From Spirulina sp. (GTDB lineage: Bacteria; Cyanobacteriota; Cyanobacteriia; Phormidesmidales; Phormidesmidaceae): a stretch of 64,000 nt of DNA. Made by a program: the position numbers and the translations under genes. Shown one piece after another: positions 61,454 through 64,000 of this stretch; the stretch's first letter is position 1, and each line of letters begins with the position of its first letter. Location of the stretch: NCBI GenBank assembly GCA_044070495.1, contig JBIPSI010000015.1, positions 1 to 64,000 on the forward strand, in the 5' to 3' direction. The notes beneath the pieces are model-generated. The model searched no databases, had not been told where the DNA came from, and worked only from the letters and a program-made list of their open reading frames with translations.

Positions 61454-61573
61454 AACACCCAGGTCAAATTAAGATAGAAACTGATGGATAAGCGACCATT
61501 CCCAGAAGGCTAGGAGCGCCGGAAAGACTCTCTATCTCCGAATTCCCCATTCGTCCTGTTACCCCCCTGATCC

Positions 61574-63034
61574 ATGGCAAAGTATCAAGCTTGGTTAGCA
61601 CTGATTTTGGCATTGGCCATCGGGGCCGTGACGCTGATTGCCAATTCGCTGCTGGCGGAAAATCCGCTGTTTCCAACGTCCCTGGGGTTAGACCTGCGCG
61701 GAGGCTCCCAACTCACCATTCAGGTACAGCCCACCGCCGCCATTCCCACTATCACCGAGCGAGAAATGGAAGCGGTGCAGAGCGTGGTGGAGGGTCGGGT
61801 CAACGGGCTGGGGGTTTCCGAGGCCATCGTGCAGCAGTTGGGTAACGATCAGCTTTTGGTGCAGTTGCCAGGGATTAACGACCCCCAGCAGGCAGAACGG
61901 GTGCTAGGCGGTACGGCCCAGCTAGAGTTCCGTGCCCAAAGCCCCGGCACCGAGCAGCAGCTTTTGGTGGAAACCGAAATTTTGCAGGAACACCTGGCTG
62001 ACCTGGCCCAAATCCAGGACAACCTGCCCCCCACCGGAGCCATTGACGACGACACCCAGGCAGAAATCGACGCCATCCAGGCCGACATCACCACCAGCGA
62101 AGCCGCCATCCTGGCTCTGTTTGAACCCAGCGAACTGAAGGGCGACAAGCTCACCGATGCCCTAGCCCGTCCCGGCAACGGCACCCAGTGGGAAGTGGTG
62201 ATTGAGTTCAATGCCGAAGGGGCGAATGACTTTGCTGAACTGACCAAATCCGTGGCAGGGACAGGCCGGGGGCTGGGGATTTTCCTGGATAACCGCCTGC
62301 TCAGCGCCCCACGGGTGGATGTGCAGTACGCCGAAACCGGGATCTCTGGCGGTAATGCGGTGATTTCCGGCAACTTTGATGCGGTGTCGGCCCGTGACCT
62401 GGAAATTCAACTGCGTGGCGGTGCCCTGCCCCTGCCTGTGGAAGTGGTGGAAAACCGCACCGTTGGCCCCACCCTAGGCCGCGACAGCATCCAGCGCAGC
62501 CTCTATGCCGCCCTGGTCGGTCTCGCTTTGGTGCTGGTGTATATGGCGGTGTACTACCGTCTGCCGGGGGTTTTGGCCGATATCGCCCTAGTGGTCTACG
62601 CCCTGCTCACCTGGGCGGCCTTCGTGATGCTGGGGGTTACCCTGACGCTGCCGGGGATTGCTGGATTTATCCTCAGCATTGGTATGGCGGTGGATGCCAA
62701 CGTGCTGATCTTTGAGCGCACCCGTGAGGAACTGCGCTCCGGCAAAACCCTGTATCGTTCTGTGGAATCAGGCTTTTATCGGGCTTTTTCCAGCATTCTC
62801 GACAGCAACGTCACCACGGTGATTTCCTGCTTGGCGCTGTTTTTCTTTGGGGCGGGCCTGGTCAAGGGCTTTGCCCTCACTCTGGGGCTGGGGGTGTTGG
62901 TCAGCATGTTCACAGCCTTTACCTGCACCCGCACCCTGCTGTTTGTGGCCCTAGGGATGCCCCAATTCCGCAAACCCGAATGGTTTTACCCCGGCATTAG
63001 CCGCCTGACTGCCCCCCGGAGCGCAACCCCATGA
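61574..63034 (+). CDS. secD: Protein translocase subunit SecD
   Basis: [14 protein letters not shown] and [13 protein letters not shown]. Confidence 0.95.
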   Translation: MAKYQAWLALILALAIGAVTLIANSLLAENPLFPTSLGLDLRGGSQLTIQVQPTAAIPTITEREMEAVQSVVEGRVNGLGVSEAIVQQLGNDQLLVQLPGINDPQQAERVLGGTAQLEFRAQSPGTEQQLLVETEILQEHLADLAQIQDNLPPTGAIDDDTQAEIDAIQADITTSEAAILALFEPSELKGDKLTDALARPGNGTQWEVVIEFNAEGANDFAELTKSVAGTGRGLGIFLDNRLLSAPRVDVQYAETGISGGNAVISGNFDAVSARDLEIQLRGGALPLPVEVVENRTVGPTLGRDSIQRSLYAALVGLALVLVYMAVYYRLPGVLADIALVVYALLTWAAFVMLGVTLTLPGIAGFILSIGMAVDANVLIFERTREELRSGKTLYRSVESGFYRAFSSILDSNVTTVISCLALFFFGAGLVKGFALTLGLGVLVSMFTAFTCTRTLLFVALGMPQFRKPEWFYPGISRLTAPRSATP

Positions 63035-64000
63035 ACCTACACATCAACCGACAACGCAAGCTGTGGTGGAGCCTCTCGGCCCTGGTGATTGGCCTAGGGA
63101 TCGTGGCCATGGCCATCTCCTGGCAGCAGTTTGGTGCGCCCCTGCGGCCCGGTCTGGATTTTGTCGGCGGCACCCGGCTTCAGCTCACCCACGCCTGCAC
63201 CCTCACCGAAAGCTGCACCGAGGAAATTTCCCTCGACGACGTGCGCCAGGTGTTGGCGGATCAGGGGCTAGAATCCAGCAGCCTGCAACTACTGGGGCAG
63301 GATCGACAAACCCTCTCCATCCGCACCAAAAACCTGAATGTGGACGAACGATCCACCCTGCAACGCAACCTCGAAGAGACCGTCGGCCCCTTCGACATCA
63401 ACTCCACCCAGATCGACTCGGTGGGGCCAGTGATTGGGCGGCAGCTTTTGGCCTCTGGGCTGCTGGCGTTGCTGGTGTCCTTTGCGGGCATCGTCGCCTA
63501 CCTGAGCCTGCGGTTTAAGCTCGACTACGCCGTTTTTGCCATCGTCGCCCTGGCCCACGATGTCCTGATTACCATGGGCGTGTTTGCCCTCCTGGGGTTG
63601 GTGTTGGGGGTAGAAATCGACAGCCTCTTCATCGTGGCCCTGCTCACCGTCGTGGGCTTCTCGGTGAACGATACGGTGGTGATCTACGACCGCATCCGCG
63701 AAAACCTGAAGCTGCACCCCGAACGGCACATCAGCGACGTGGTGGATGAATCGGTGAACCAAACCCTGGCCCGATCCGTCAACACCACCCTTACCACTAC
63801 CCTGCCCCTGTTGGCCATTGTGCTATTTGGGGGCCAAACCCTGAAATTCTTTGCCCTGGCGATGATTGTGGGCTTTTTGGCCGGGGTCTACTCTAGTATC
63901 TTTGTGGCCAGCACCCTGTTGACGCTATGGCGCGAACGCAGCGGCCAAGCCTACGGCAGCGGTGGAGACACCCCAACGGATGACGCCACCACCGACCCCG
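63031..64000 (+). CDS. secF: Protein translocase subunit SecF (runs off window end)
   Basis: ATGA overlap with secD; GLDFVGG, AHDVLIT and [16 protein letters not shown]. Confidence 0.93.
   Translation, partial: MNLHINRQRKLWWSLSALVIGLGIVAMAISWQQFGAPLRPGLDFVGGTRLQLTHACTLTESCTEEISLDDVRQVLADQGLESSSLQLLGQDRQTLSIRTKNLNVDERSTLQRNLEETVGPFDINSTQIDSVGPVIGRQLLASGLLALLVSFAGIVAYLSLRFKLDYAVFAIVALAHDVLITMGVFALLGLVLGVEIDSLFIVALLTVVGFSVNDTVVIYDRIRENLKLHPERHISDVVDESVNQTLARSVNTTLTTTLPLLAIVLFGGQTLKFFALAMIVGFLAGVYSSIFVASTLLTLWRERSGQAYGSGGDTPTDDATTDP

Overview
GC-rich cyanobacterial chromosomal window; the assignment rests on the ndhF3-ndhD3-cupA-cupS CO2-uptake operon, Ftn2/ZipN, Uma2, DUF3038/DUF4335 and pentapeptide genes. 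The first 13 kb is accessory DNA downstream of a tRNA-Phe(GAA) gene and holds two systems. (1) A complete diversity-generating retroelement (avd-RT-TR-target, 274-3118). Its 122-nt template and variable repeats differ at 11 internal positions, all adenines in TR, plus one 3' IMH-type mismatch. (2) A ~9.3 kb element (3504-12811) bounded by 43-bp att repeats of the tRNA 3' half. It has a tyrosine integrase, a Zn-finger/TOPRIM/helicase replicase carrying iteron-like repeats inside its own gene, a divergent-promoter switch, a CCA-ending tRNA-like RNA, and a putative structural operon with a collagen fibre. I found no recognisable capsid, portal, terminase or Zot ATPase, so it is the best candidate here for an undescribed small virus or satellite. 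The rest is mostly housekeeping (cofG, PaO-like oxygenase, SulP, NDH-1(3), recG, intein-containing nrdJ, radC, ftn2, pdhAB, secDF), with REP/MITE-type repeats, two Uma2 genes and a toxin-antitoxin-like pair. All product calls come from motif recognition by eye, not from database searches.
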